From Alphaproteobacteria bacterium (GTDB lineage Bacteria; Pseudomonadota; Alphaproteobacteria; Rickettsiales; SXRF01), in the NCBI GenBank assembly GCA_025360345.1, contig JANYCJ010000137.1:768-64767 (forward strand): DNA of 64,000 nucleotides, in the 5' to 3' direction. This document shows positions 45,742 to 54,220 of the stretch, one piece after another; the first letter of the stretch is position 1, and each line of letters starts with the position of its first letter. The translations under genes and the position numbers were made by a program. Under the pieces are notes generated by a model, which was not told the origin of the DNA, did no database searches, and saw nothing but the letters and a program-made list of their open reading frames with translations.

Positions 45742-47208
45742 ATGCTGCACCCTGTTGCCTTGCTCACTGCGGAAGAAACACGTAACGCCGATGCGGCCGC
45801 CATTACCGGCTCCACCTCCGGCGAGACGCTGATGGAAAATGCCGGACGCGCCATCGTCGACCTTATCACGCAGGAGTATAAGCCCTGCAAGGCGCTGGTG
45901 GTGTGCGGCACGGGCAATAACGGCGGCGACGGTTTCGTGACCGCGCGGCTGCTGAAAGAGCGCGGCTGGGATGTGGCGCTGGTGAATGTAGGTAATATCG
46001 AAGACATCAAGGGCGATGCGAAGGCCGCCAAGGACAAATGGAACATGGCAGGCGGGGCCACGCTTACCTTTCACAAGGAAATGCTGCGCGAAGCGCAGCT
46101 GGTGGTGGATGCGATGTTCGGCACAGGGCTTGCGCGCGATATCGAGGGCGCGGCCAAAGATGCCATCGTCGCCATTAACGACAGCAAAGTGCCCGTGGTT
46201 TCGATTGACGTGCCGAGCGGCATCAACACCGACACGGGCGCGATCATGGGCGTGGCCATACGCGCTTCGAACACGGTTACTTTCGTGCGGCCCAAGCCGG
46301 GGCATGTGCTGCTGCCGGGCAAGGCGCATACCGGGCAGTTGCATGTGTATGACATCGGCATTTCCGGCGACAAGGTGAAGCCGAAACTGTTCCTGAACGC
46401 CCCTGCCCTGTGGAAGCATTTGATGCCTTTCCCTAACCCGGATTCCAATAAATACAGCCGGGGGCACACGGTGATTTTTGGCGGTGGCATGACGAGCACT
46501 GGCGCGTCGCGCCTTGCCGCCATGGCGGCGCTGCGTGTTGGCTCCGGTTTGGTGAGCGTGGCCTCTTCACAGGATGCCCTTCCCATTTACGCCATGACGC
46601 TCACGGCGGTGATGACCAAGCTGGCCGATAGTACGGCGCAGCTGGCCGCGCTTTTGGAAGACAAGCGTATCAGCGCGGTTTTGATTGGCCCCGGGGCTGG
46701 GCTTTCCGATAAGACGCGGGATTACACGCTGCAAATCCTCAACAGCAAAAAGGCTTGCGTGGTGGATGCGGACGCGTTGTCGATTTTCCAATCCAATACC
46801 AAGCCGCTGTTCGATGCCATCAGCGCGCCGACGGTACTCACGCCGCATGAGGGCGAGTTCGAACGCCTGTTTGCCACCAAGGGTGTGAAAACGGAACGCG
46901 CAAAGGATGCCGCCAAGCAAAGCGGCGCAGTGATCGTGCTCAAAGGCAATGACACGGTGATCGCCGCCCCGGATGGGCGGGTCAGCATCAACGCCAACGC
47001 GCCTGTATGGCTGGCGACAGCCGGCTCGGGCGATGTACTGGCCGGAATTATCACCGGGCTGATGGGCCAGGGTATGCCTGCTTATGAAGCAGCCTGCGCG
47101 GGCACATGGATTCAGGGAGAAGTGGCCAACCGCTTCGGCCCCGGCCTGATTGCCGAAGATTTACATACCACTATGCCCGCCACCCTTAAAAGCCTATACG
47201 ATGCGTAA
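45742..47208 (+). CDS. nnr: Bifunctional NAD(P)H-hydrate repair enzyme (epimerase / ADP-dependent dehydratase)
   Basis: 488 aa. The YjeF_N part is …VVCGTGNNGGDGFV…. The C-terminal carbohydrate-kinase part is …KYSRGH…GGGMTSTGA…TAGSGDVLAG…. Confidence 0.9.
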   Translation: MLHPVALLTAEETRNADAAAITGSTSGETLMENAGRAIVDLITQEYKPCKALVVCGTGNNGGDGFVTARLLKERGWDVALVNVGNIEDIKGDAKAAKDKWNMAGGATLTFHKEMLREAQLVVDAMFGTGLARDIEGAAKDAIVAINDSKVPVVSIDVPSGINTDTGAIMGVAIRASNTVTFVRPKPGHVLLPGKAHTGQLHVYDIGISGDKVKPKLFLNAPALWKHLMPFPNPDSNKYSRGHTVIFGGGMTSTGASRLAAMAALRVGSGLVSVASSQDALPIYAMTLTAVMTKLADSTAQLAALLEDKRISAVLIGPGAGLSDKTRDYTLQILNSKKACVVDADALSIFQSNTKPLFDAISAPTVLTPHEGEFERLFATKGVKTERAKDAAKQSGAVIVLKGNDTVIAAPDGRVSINANAPVWLATAGSGDVLAGIITGLMGQGMPAYEAACAGTWIQGEVANRFGPGLIAEDLHTTMPATLKSLYDA

Positions 47209-47479
47209 TGTGCTACGGGTCATGATCTCCGGCCGCGTGCAGGGGGTGGGTTATCGTGCCTGGGCGGTGACGAAGGCAACGCATCTGGGCCTTCAGGGCT
47301 GGGTGCGCAACCTGAAAGACGGACAGGTGGAAGCGGTGTTTGCCGGAGAGCAGGCTATGATCGAGCAAATGATCGAGGCGTGCAAGGAAGGCCCCGACCA
47401 TGCGCGGGTGGAAGCCATTGAGGTATTTACCCATAAGGATGCGGTGGAAGGACCGTTTGCCGCGCGCCAGACGGTATAG
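47201..47479 (+). CDS. acyP: Acylphosphatase
   Basis: Start at MRNVLRVMISGRVQGVGYRAW…GWVRNLKDGQVEAV…, the canonical acylphosphatase signature. The gene overlaps nnr by 8 nt. Confidence 0.88.
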   Translation: MRNVLRVMISGRVQGVGYRAWAVTKATHLGLQGWVRNLKDGQVEAVFAGEQAMIEQMIEACKEGPDHARVEAIEVFTHKDAVEGPFAARQTV

Positions 47480-47481
47480 TG

Positions 47482-48321
47482 TTAGCGGGTCAGCACGGCG
47501 TCGGTCGCGGGGGTTTCGTTTTTCTCGAGAATATTGGTAAGGCTGAAGCGGGTTTCACGCGTGGCGAAGCTGCGGGTCTGGGTTTCGGACATGTTTGGTT
47601 CGGCGTTCAGGGCGGGTGCAGGCTTTTCCGGCGCGGGCGCGGCAAGAGCGGGCTCCGGCGCGGGGGCGTTTTCTTTTTCAAAATAATGCCCCTTGAGCAA
47701 TTTGCCGTAGCTTTGGGCAAGTTTGCTGGTGAGGTGCGGGAAGTTCACGCCCATGGTGGTGCCAAACAGGCCGAGCACGGTTGCCGAGCCGATGATGGCC
47801 GCAGCGCTGCCCGCCTTGAAGCCGAGCATGGCCACGCCTACGGCAGTGATGGGATTTATGGCAATGAGCGCCCCGAAGGTTGCGAATATAGCAGCTGCAG
47901 CCAGTGAGACTTTCCAGTTCAGCAGCGGGGATTTTTTAGCCGGGGCTGCCTGAGTAGGCTCTGCAGCGGCGGGGGATTTGCCTTCGCGCTTTTCTTTTTC
48001 TTCAATGGTGGCCTGTGCCACGCCGGCATTTGCCCCGACATCGGCGCCGATGGCCATGCCGAGCCATGCTGCGGCACCGCCGAAGAGGGCGGCATTCGAG
48101 GCAACGGCGATGGCGCTGGGCAAGGCCACCGAAGCCGCACCCGAAACCCCAAGCGCGCCCAGCAAGGGCGGAAGGAACGAGGCAATTACACCCCCTGCCA
48201 TACCGAAACCACCGAGCACGGTTGCGCCCGCCAGAAAACCTGCCGTGCGGCGCGACCACGTTTTCTTGTGGAGCGTCTCGTATAGCTGGTCGGACTTCTG
48301 GTTTTCCTCAGTGGTTGCCAT
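47482..48321 (-). CDS. Hypothetical Gly/Ala-rich membrane protein
   Basis: 279 aa. Several Gly-zipper-like helices are present (…GFLAGATVLGGFGMAGGVIASFL…, …AAAAIFATFGALIAI…). The C-terminus is Pro/Ala-rich. No family was recognised. Confidence 0.55.
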   Translation of the reverse strand: MATTEENQKSDQLYETLHKKTWSRRTAGFLAGATVLGGFGMAGGVIASFLPPLLGALGVSGAASVALPSAIAVASNAALFGGAAAWLGMAIGADVGANAGVAQATIEEKEKREGKSPAAAEPTQAAPAKKSPLLNWKVSLAAAAIFATFGALIAINPITAVGVAMLGFKAGSAAAIIGSATVLGLFGTTMGVNFPHLTSKLAQSYGKLLKGHYFEKENAPAPEPALAAPAPEKPAPALNAEPNMSETQTRSFATRETRFSLTNILEKNETPATDAVLTR

Positions 48322-48466
48322 ATTAGCTAAAAGGCCTGTTTTCGGTCATAGTTTGTCACCTTACAGGATAGATCAGCGGCTGGCATGGGGAAAGTTAAGA
48401 TTGCGTGACAGCGGGCAAAGTCTATCCATCTGTTTTTTTAGGATATTTTTTTAGATGGAATGCTAT

Positions 48467-48709
48467 TTACTGGTAATCCGGAGGGACTGGCACGTAGCGG
48501 TATGGGTGGTGGCGGTTTTTCTCTTCTTCTTCCACGCACCAGTCATAGCTGGCATCACCACGCATGGAGCCCATTGCCATGCAGCTGGCATCGGTGCCGG
48601 AGTCATTGCGGTATTGCTCGGTATTTGTGCGGAAAAACGAGGCGTATTGGCAGGATGTGACGGCTGGCAGCAAGGACAGCGCAAGCAGCGCCCGGTAACG
48701 TGACAACAT
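48467..48709 (-). CDS. Small putative lipoprotein
   Basis: 80 aa. The signal sequence has a lipobox-like LPAVTSC. The mature part has 2 further Cys and an acidic run. Confidence 0.5.
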   Translation of the reverse strand: MLSRYRALLALSLLPAVTSCQYASFFRTNTEQYRNDSGTDASCMAMGSMRGDASYDWCVEEEEKNRHHPYRYVPVPPDYQ

Positions 48710-48720
48710 AATCCCCTCCC

Positions 48721-48969
48721 CTATGGCTTGGTGTTATCGGTGATTTCGGTAAATACCCCTTCAATGACCTGCGTGCGGCCTGAAGCGGGTTCATCACGGT
48801 TCTGGCGGAGAAACTGCCAGCGCATCCAGTATTGGCGGCCCACAAGGTATACGGTGATGACCACGCCCAGCAAAGTGAACCAGATAAGCAAAGAGAAGCC
48901 GATGGTGAAGGCGGCAATCACGATAAGCCCAATAAATATAAAAGAAAATACGCTTAAAACAAATTCCAT
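48721..48969 (-). CDS. Small two-helix membrane protein
   Basis: 82 aa. MEFVLSVFSFIFIGLIVIAAFTIGFSLLIWFTLLGVVITVYLVG is followed by a charged tail. Confidence 0.5.
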   Translation of the reverse strand: MEFVLSVFSFIFIGLIVIAAFTIGFSLLIWFTLLGVVITVYLVGRQYWMRWQFLRQNRDEPASGRTQVIEGVFTEITDNTKP

Positions 48970-49024
48970 TAACGAAACCCTTACCTCTCTTTGTTATCTT
49001 ATACCATAAACTTGCGAAAAATAT

Positions 49025-49831
49025 ATGAACGAAGTGCTGGAGGATGTATTCGAGCGCACCCGCAGGCTGCTGTATTACGGCATCGGGGGGTGGTTGCTTG
49101 GACTGGTCATGATGCTCCGGCTGCCTGACGCGGACGATATTGACCCGCGACTGATACAAGAGCCGATACAGGGGCCCACATCGCGCGGTGAAATCCATTT
49201 CAAATATGAGGGCCAGGAAATCCGGGTGGTTCCTGTGCTGAGCTATGAAATTAACGGGCTGGTCGTGTCGCATAACGATCCGGGGGAATGGTACCGTTTC
49301 GATCTGATCCATGACAGCCAATCCATAAACACACGCGATATCTGCCTGATCTGGGGGGACAACCTGAAGACCAATGCGTTTCACCATGTCAGTTTTTCAA
49401 ACGATGACCGGATGTGCAACTGGAGCTACGGCTCCAGCGTGCGCATGATAAAGGATAATGAAATCTCCAATAATCACCTGATTACGGCGAACGACGATAT
49501 ACGCGAGCAAATCGCCAATCTTCATGTGGGTGACCAGGTGGCGATCAAAGGCAGGCTGGCTTATTATGCCGAGGAACGCTGGGGACTGGCGAGCCTCCGC
49601 AGCAGCAGCCTGACACGCGATGATACGGGCGTGGATTCCGGCGAAATCATTTTCGTTGAGTCACTGACCGTGCTTCATTCCTATAATTACTTCTGGGCAT
49701 TACTGCACCAGATCGGATACTGGATTTGCGTGGGCATGATTTCGCTCAGGGCGGCGGTTTTCGCGGTGCCGAAACAGGGGCTGCACCTGCCGGGTTTCGT
49801 GAAGCGCATTATTGCAATGTATAAGCCTTAG
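49025..49831 (+). CDS. Hypothetical protein with N- and C-terminal membrane helices
   Basis: 268 aa. The N-terminal helix is GIGGWLLGLVMML and the C-terminal helix is IGYWICVGMISL. The central soluble domain has conserved-looking His/Cys/Asp residues. No family was recognised. Confidence 0.55.
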   Translation: MNEVLEDVFERTRRLLYYGIGGWLLGLVMMLRLPDADDIDPRLIQEPIQGPTSRGEIHFKYEGQEIRVVPVLSYEINGLVVSHNDPGEWYRFDLIHDSQSINTRDICLIWGDNLKTNAFHHVSFSNDDRMCNWSYGSSVRMIKDNEISNNHLITANDDIREQIANLHVGDQVAIKGRLAYYAEERWGLASLRSSSLTRDDTGVDSGEIIFVESLTVLHSYNYFWALLHQIGYWICVGMISLRAAVFAVPKQGLHLPGFVKRIIAMYKP

Positions 49832-50580
49832 ACGGTTCCAAAGCTTTTGATGAGGCTGCCACAGACCATGTACCAGCCATCGACCAGCACGAAGAAAATC
49901 AGCTTGAACGGCAGCGATATCATCACCGGGGGAAGCATCATCATGCCCATGGCCATGAGCACGGAGGCGACCAGCATATCAATGATGACGAAGGGAATGA
50001 AGATGAGGAAGCCGATTTCAAAAGCGCGTTTCAGCTCCGAGATCATGAAGGCGGGAATGAGCACCCGGAAGGGGGTGTCTTCGGGCGTTTCGATGGTAAG
50101 GCCGGGGGACATGGAGACGAAAAGCTCAAGGTCCTTGGCGCGGACATGGGTAAGCATGAAGGCGTGGAACGGCGCGCTGATCTTTTCTATGGCTTCTTCC
50201 TGCGTGATTTCGTTATCCATCAGGGGGCGGAAGCCATCGTCGTATGACTGCTGGAAGACAGGGGCCATGACGAACAGGGTGAGGAAAAGCGCCAGTGAAA
50301 TGAGGACCTGATTTGGCGGCGTCTGCTGAAGGCCGAGGGCGCTGCGCAGGAAAGACAGCACGATCACCATGCGCATGAAAGAGGTGGTCATCATCAGGAT
50401 GGAGGGCGCGAGGGTGATGACGGTCATGAGCACGACGAGCTGGATCATACGGGCGGCGGCAGAGCCACCGGCATTGCTGTTCAGGTCCACGGTCATGGTC
50501 TGGGCGAAGGCGAGATGCGGGCATAATAGCGCAGCGGCCAGAAGGGCGCGGGCGAACCATTTAGACATTGGGCACCTCAA
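49828..50580 (-). CDS. fliP: Flagellar export apparatus protein FliP
   Basis: 250 aa. Motifs …LTLAPSILMMTTSFMRMVIVLSFLRSALGLQQTPPNQVL… and …FMISELKRAFEIGFLIFIPFVIIDMLVASVLMAMGMMMLPP…. Confidence 0.95.
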   Translation of the reverse strand: MRCPMSKWFARALLAAALLCPHLAFAQTMTVDLNSNAGGSAAARMIQLVVLMTVITLAPSILMMTTSFMRMVIVLSFLRSALGLQQTPPNQVLISLALFLTLFVMAPVFQQSYDDGFRPLMDNEITQEEAIEKISAPFHAFMLTHVRAKDLELFVSMSPGLTIETPEDTPFRVLIPAFMISELKRAFEIGFLIFIPFVIIDMLVASVLMAMGMMMLPPVMISLPFKLIFFVLVDGWYMVCGSLIKSFGTV

Positions 50581-50839
50581 AGCTTTCGATCACGGTTTCG
50601 CGGCCATCGGCCAATAGCAGCAGGTGCTGCTTCTGGTCGCGCTTGATGAGGACGAGGCGGCGCTTGGCGTCGATATAGCGGGTTTCCACCACATCGAGTC
50701 GGCCTTCGCCGGGCTTGGTATTCATGTAAGTAAACTTACCTGAAGACGAGAGAGCCTTGAGAGCAAGATACATCAGCCCGATCAGGCCGAGCACCAGCAC
50801 GGAGGCAAAGATAAAGCGTGACGGATCTACCGTGTCCAT
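50561..50839 (-). CDS. fliO: Flagellar protein FliO-like
   Basis: 92 aa. It has a single helix followed by …RLDVVETRYIDAKRRLVLIKRDQKQHLLLLADG…, and sits immediately upstream of fliP. Confidence 0.7.
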   Translation of the reverse strand: MDTVDPSRFIFASVLVLGLIGLMYLALKALSSSGKFTYMNTKPGEGRLDVVETRYIDAKRRLVLIKRDQKQHLLLLADGRETVIESFEVPNV

Positions 50840-50842
50840 GGG

Positions 50843-51193
50843 CTAATCTTCGTCGCCGTCGCGCTTGCCATAGGCATCGCTGGCATCGGCGACCTTGTAT
50901 GCCTTGGCGGCTTTTTTCTGGCTGGAAAGCGAGCGGATCTGGTCGGCGAGCTGGTCGCGGGTGGCAACCATGTCTTCACCCAGTGTTTTCAACTCATTCA
51001 GCAGCTTCTGCATACGGACAGAGGCGGCGAGGCGCTCCTGTTGCGACAGGCTAAGCACGGTTTCACACAGGCTGCGCACCTGGTCTTCGAGGCCCTGCAT
51101 TTCCATCATGGCGCCGGCATCGAGCAGGGTACGGCTATCGCTAATGAATTGTTCGATCTCATCGAAAAGTGCTTCGGTCGATTTGGCGGTCAT
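50843..51193 (-). CDS. Hypothetical acidic coiled-coil protein within the flagellar operon
   Basis: 116 aa, helical and acidic (…QGLEDQVRSLCETVLSLSQQERLAASVRMQKLLNELKTLGEDM…). It overlaps the upstream gene by 4 nt. No family was recognised. Confidence 0.55.
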   Translation of the reverse strand: MTAKSTEALFDEIEQFISDSRTLLDAGAMMEMQGLEDQVRSLCETVLSLSQQERLAASVRMQKLLNELKTLGEDMVATRDQLADQIRSLSSQKKAAKAYKVADASDAYGKRDGDED

Positions 51194-51486
51194 TTCCTGC
51201 TCCCAGCTTTAGCATTGGCCTTATACACGTAGGCGAGAATTTCAGCAACGGCGGCGTATGCCTCCAGGGGGATGGGCATGTCGATATCGAGCTTAGCGAG
51301 CAGCGTCACCAGGTCGGGGTCTTCACGCACCTCGATGTTATGCTCAAGGGCCAGCTTGATGATTTGCTCCGCCATGAGGCCCTTACCCTTAGCGGCGAGG
51401 CGGGGGGCTTCATCCTTGCCCCGCTCATAGGTGAGGGCTACGGCAAGCTTGTCTTTATCGGGCGGCGTTTCATTACTGGCCGCCAT
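51190..51486 (-). CDS. Stand-alone FlhB C-terminal-domain-like protein (EscU/YscU/FlhB family fragment-type paralog)
   Basis: 98 aa. KLAVALTYERGKDEAPRLAAKGKGLMAEQIIKLALEHNIEVREDPDLV aligns by eye with the segment after NPTH in the full-length FlhB at 54221..55294 ([47 protein letters not shown]). Confidence 0.75.
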   Translation of the reverse strand: MAASNETPPDKDKLAVALTYERGKDEAPRLAAKGKGLMAEQIIKLALEHNIEVREDPDLVTLLAKLDIDMPIPLEAYAAVAEILAYVYKANAKAGSRK

Positions 51487-51736
51487 CGGGCTTATCTTTC
51501 TCCGGGGCGTTGACGTCGACTGTGAATTCGAGGTCTAGCAGTTCGGCTGCGCCCACCGTGGCGGCGGCGATGTTCTGCTCCATGATTTTCTGGTGTAGTT
51601 CCTTGCGCAGGATGGTGGCTTCCTTGGGAAAAAGAAAGCCGAGTTTGACCGTCTTGCCGCGGACTTCGACCACGGTCAGTTCAATATTATTGTTGATAAT
51701 AATCGATTCGCCGATTTTCCGTGTTAAATACAGCAT
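51473..51736 (-). CDS. csrA: Carbon storage regulator CsrA-family RNA-binding protein with extended C-terminus
   Basis: 87 aa. MLYLTRKIGESIIINNNIELTVVEVRGKTVKLGFLFPKEATILRKELHQKI matches the CsrA consensus. About 33 further residues follow. Confidence 0.88.
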   Translation of the reverse strand: MLYLTRKIGESIIINNNIELTVVEVRGKTVKLGFLFPKEATILRKELHQKIMEQNIAAATVGAAELLDLEFTVDVNAPEKDKPDGGQ

Positions 51737-51903
51737 TTAGGCGATTGCTCCACCCATGGCCCGCTCCCGTTTTATCCACAGTATTACTGGCGCAAATTCG
51801 CAACGAACGCAATGTTTATCCTTAAATACCTCTGGTCAGGCTATGAAATTTGGGGTATCCTTGCGGTTATGTAGGAAATTATTGCCGATTAGGCTTGTTT
51901 TAT

Positions 51904-52329
51904 ATGGATTACGCGTCGATTCCACTATTTAACCTTATGAAAACTAAGCTCAGTTTCCTTTCTGAGCGGCAGCAGGTGCTGGCACAGAACGTGGCCAATG
52001 CCGACACACCCGGATATAAGGCCAAGGACATCGCCGCCCCCGATTTCAGCAAGATTCTTGCAGGAACGCAGGGACAGTCGGCACAGAACTTGCCCATGGC
52101 CGTTACGCATGAGGGGCATATGATGCCTGTCACGTCTGGAGGGGACATGAAGGTGATTACCCGTAAAAAGACGGATGAGCTTAACCCCAACGGCAATAAC
52201 GTGGTGATCGAGGAAGAAATGTCCAAGGTCGCGGCTAACCAGGGTGAGTATACCATGGCGCTGAATTTATATAGCAAGACGCTGGCGATGTTCAAAACCG
52301 CCATCGGCAATCCGAGCGGCGGAGGTTAA
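51904..52329 (+). CDS. flgB: Flagellar basal-body rod protein FlgB
   Basis: The ATG at 51904 gives …LSFLSERQQVLAQNVANADTPGYKAKD…, the rod-protein N-terminal signature. Confidence 0.9.
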   Translation: MDYASIPLFNLMKTKLSFLSERQQVLAQNVANADTPGYKAKDIAAPDFSKILAGTQGQSAQNLPMAVTHEGHMMPVTSGGDMKVITRKKTDELNPNGNNVVIEEEMSKVAANQGEYTMALNLYSKTLAMFKTAIGNPSGGG

Positions 52330-52338
52330 GGCTAGGTT

Positions 52339-52746
52339 ATGAGTCTGGGTGATACATTACTTATTTCGGCGGCGGGTATGCGGGCGCAAAGCGATCGGTT
52401 ACGCGTGGTGGCCGAAAACCTGGCCAATGCCAGTTCCACGGCAAAGGATGCTTCAACCGACCCGTACCGGCGCAAGCTGCTTACTTTCCAGAATGTGCTG
52501 GACAAGGAAACGGGCGTGGAGCAGGTGAAGGTGGTCAAGCGCAGCTACGACCCCTCGCCTTTCAACCTGAAATACGACCCGTCGCACCCGGCGGCGGATG
52601 CGCAGGGCTATGTTAAATACCCGAATGTGAACACCATCGTGGAAATGATGGATATGCGCGAGGCGAGGCGCGGGTATGAGGCGAACCTCAATATTGTTGA
52701 AGTGTCCAAGGCGCTGCTGACGCAGACGCTTGGGCTGTTACGTTAG
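52339..52746 (+). CDS. flgC: Flagellar basal-body rod protein FlgC
   Basis: 135 aa. Motifs …GMRAQSDRLRVVAENLANASST…DPYRRK… and C-terminal …EANLNIVEVSKALLTQTLGLLR. Confidence 0.93.
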   Translation: MSLGDTLLISAAGMRAQSDRLRVVAENLANASSTAKDASTDPYRRKLLTFQNVLDKETGVEQVKVVKRSYDPSPFNLKYDPSHPAADAQGYVKYPNVNTIVEMMDMREARRGYEANLNIVEVSKALLTQTLGLLR

Positions 52747-52755
52747 GAGTAGGCT

Positions 52756-53070
52756 ATGGCGGATATGCTTTCGGCGGTAAACGCCTATAAGAGCCAGATG
52801 AAGATGATGGACAATGCCAAGAAGCCTTCGGGCGACGAGGATATTGGCCAGCCTTCCTTCGCGGGTATGGTGGAAAAGGCTCTGGGCGGCGCGGCGGATG
52901 CGGCTAAGACAGGCGAAGCCACAGAAATTCAGGCGCTGACTGGCGGGAAGGTAGACCTCTCCAATCTCGTTACCGCAGTAGCCAACGCTGAGCTTTCGCT
53001 CAACACCGTAGTGGCGGTGCGCGACCGGGTGATAAATGCCTATAACGACATCATCCGGATGGCGATTTAA
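52756..53070 (+). CDS. fliE: Flagellar hook-basal body protein FliE
   Basis: 104 aa. The C-terminus …AELSLNTVVAVRDRVINAYNDIIRMAI is typical of FliE. Confidence 0.88.
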   Translation: MADMLSAVNAYKSQMKMMDNAKKPSGDEDIGQPSFAGMVEKALGGAADAAKTGEATEIQALTGGKVDLSNLVTAVANAELSLNTVVAVRDRVINAYNDIIRMAI

Positions 53071-53161
53071 GCCCCTTCCCTGCCCGGCATTTTCGTTTCA
53101 GTTTGTTGTCGCATTTTAGGCTTGCGGGCAGTAGAGTTCGTTTAACTTACAGGGAGCGGCC

Positions 53162-53428
53162 ATGGAAGCGGCGGAAGTCATTGATTTAATACGGCAGGGC
53201 ATCTGGGTGCTTATCCTGATTTCTGCGCCGCTGATGGTGGTGGCGCTGGTGGTGGGTTTGGCGATTGCCATTTTGCAGGCGCTGACGCAGATCCAGGAAT
53301 CCACGCTGACCTTTGTTCCCAAGGTACTGGCGATGCTGCTGATGATGGCATTTACGCTGCCCTACATGCTGCAGACGCTTACCGATTTTACCAATAAGTT
53401 GCAGGACAAGATTGTGCATATAGAATAA
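53162..53428 (+). CDS. fliQ: Flagellar export apparatus protein FliQ
   Basis: 88 aa. …LILISAPLMVVALVVGLAIAILQALTQIQESTLTFVPK…. Confidence 0.93.
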   Translation: MEAAEVIDLIRQGIWVLILISAPLMVVALVVGLAIAILQALTQIQESTLTFVPKVLAMLLMMAFTLPYMLQTLTDFTNKLQDKIVHIE

Positions 53429-53437
53429 GGACAGGCC

Positions 53438-54211
53438 ATGAACCCTTCCTTTTTGTCGCAATTCCTGACCACCGAAATTTTTTCGTTCCTGCTGATTTTC
53501 TGCCGGGTGGGCTCGGCCATCATGCTGATGCCGGGATTCGGGGAAAGCTATGTGACGGTGCGGGCGCGGCTGTTTCTTGCGCTGACGTTCAGCCTGATAC
53601 TGGTTCCCGCGCTGGGGCACATGCCCGCTTCGCCCGCGTCGGTCGGGGGCACGTTCATCCTGATTTTTGGCGAGATCCTAATCGGGTTGATGATTGGCGG
53701 CATGGCGCGGATGCTGATTTCAGGCGTGCACACGGCGGGCAGCATCATCGCCTACCAGTCGAGCCTTGCCTCGGCGCTTACGGCCAATATCGCGGGGTTT
53801 TCCGGACAGGACACGTCGCTGGGCAATTTGCTGAGCATGAGCACGATTGTGCTGATTTTCGTGACCGACCTGCACCATATCATGCTGCGCGGGCTGATGG
53901 ATAGTTACAACCTGTTCGCGCCCGGGCAGATTCCGCTGATGGGCGATATCGCCAAGCACGCCACGGACACCATGAGCAACACTTTCCGAATCGCCATGCA
54001 GATGTCGGCGCCGCATTTAGTGGTGGGTATGATGCTGTACCTCGCGGCGGGCATTCTGGCGCGGCTGATGCCGAATTTGCAAATTTTCTTTATCATGATG
54101 GCACCGCAGCTGCTTATCAGCTTCTGCATCCTGATGATAAGCTTCAGCGCGATCATGCTGTGGTATCTCGATTATATCAAGGAAGCTTTAAGCAGCTTCC
54201 TCGCACCGTAG
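53438..54211 (+). CDS. fliR: Flagellar export apparatus protein FliR
   Basis: 257 aa, polytopic. …FLLIFCRVGSAIMLMPGFGE… and its position between fliQ and flhB support the call. Confidence 0.9.
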   Translation: MNPSFLSQFLTTEIFSFLLIFCRVGSAIMLMPGFGESYVTVRARLFLALTFSLILVPALGHMPASPASVGGTFILIFGEILIGLMIGGMARMLISGVHTAGSIIAYQSSLASALTANIAGFSGQDTSLGNLLSMSTIVLIFVTDLHHIMLRGLMDSYNLFAPGQIPLMGDIAKHATDTMSNTFRIAMQMSAPHLVVGMMLYLAAGILARLMPNLQIFFIMMAPQLLISFCILMISFSAIMLWYLDYIKEALSSFLAP

Positions 54212-54220
54212 GGGCCGCGC

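Noticed and set aside
45541-46467. 308-aa minus-strand ORF
   Set aside because: Antisense to nnr, which has clear YjeF_N and carbohydrate-kinase motifs. The ORF is Arg/His-rich and artefact-like.
51737-51903. Possible sigma-54 promoters (TGGCGCAAATTCGCA and TGGGGTATCCTTGC) and TATCC repeats in the divergent flagellar spacer
   Set aside because: In both candidates the GG-to-GC spacing is one nucleotide short of the strict GG-N10-GC geometry. I also found no TTAA-N7-TTAAC CtrA box. The TATCC repeats (51773, 51817, 51856) are short enough to occur by chance.
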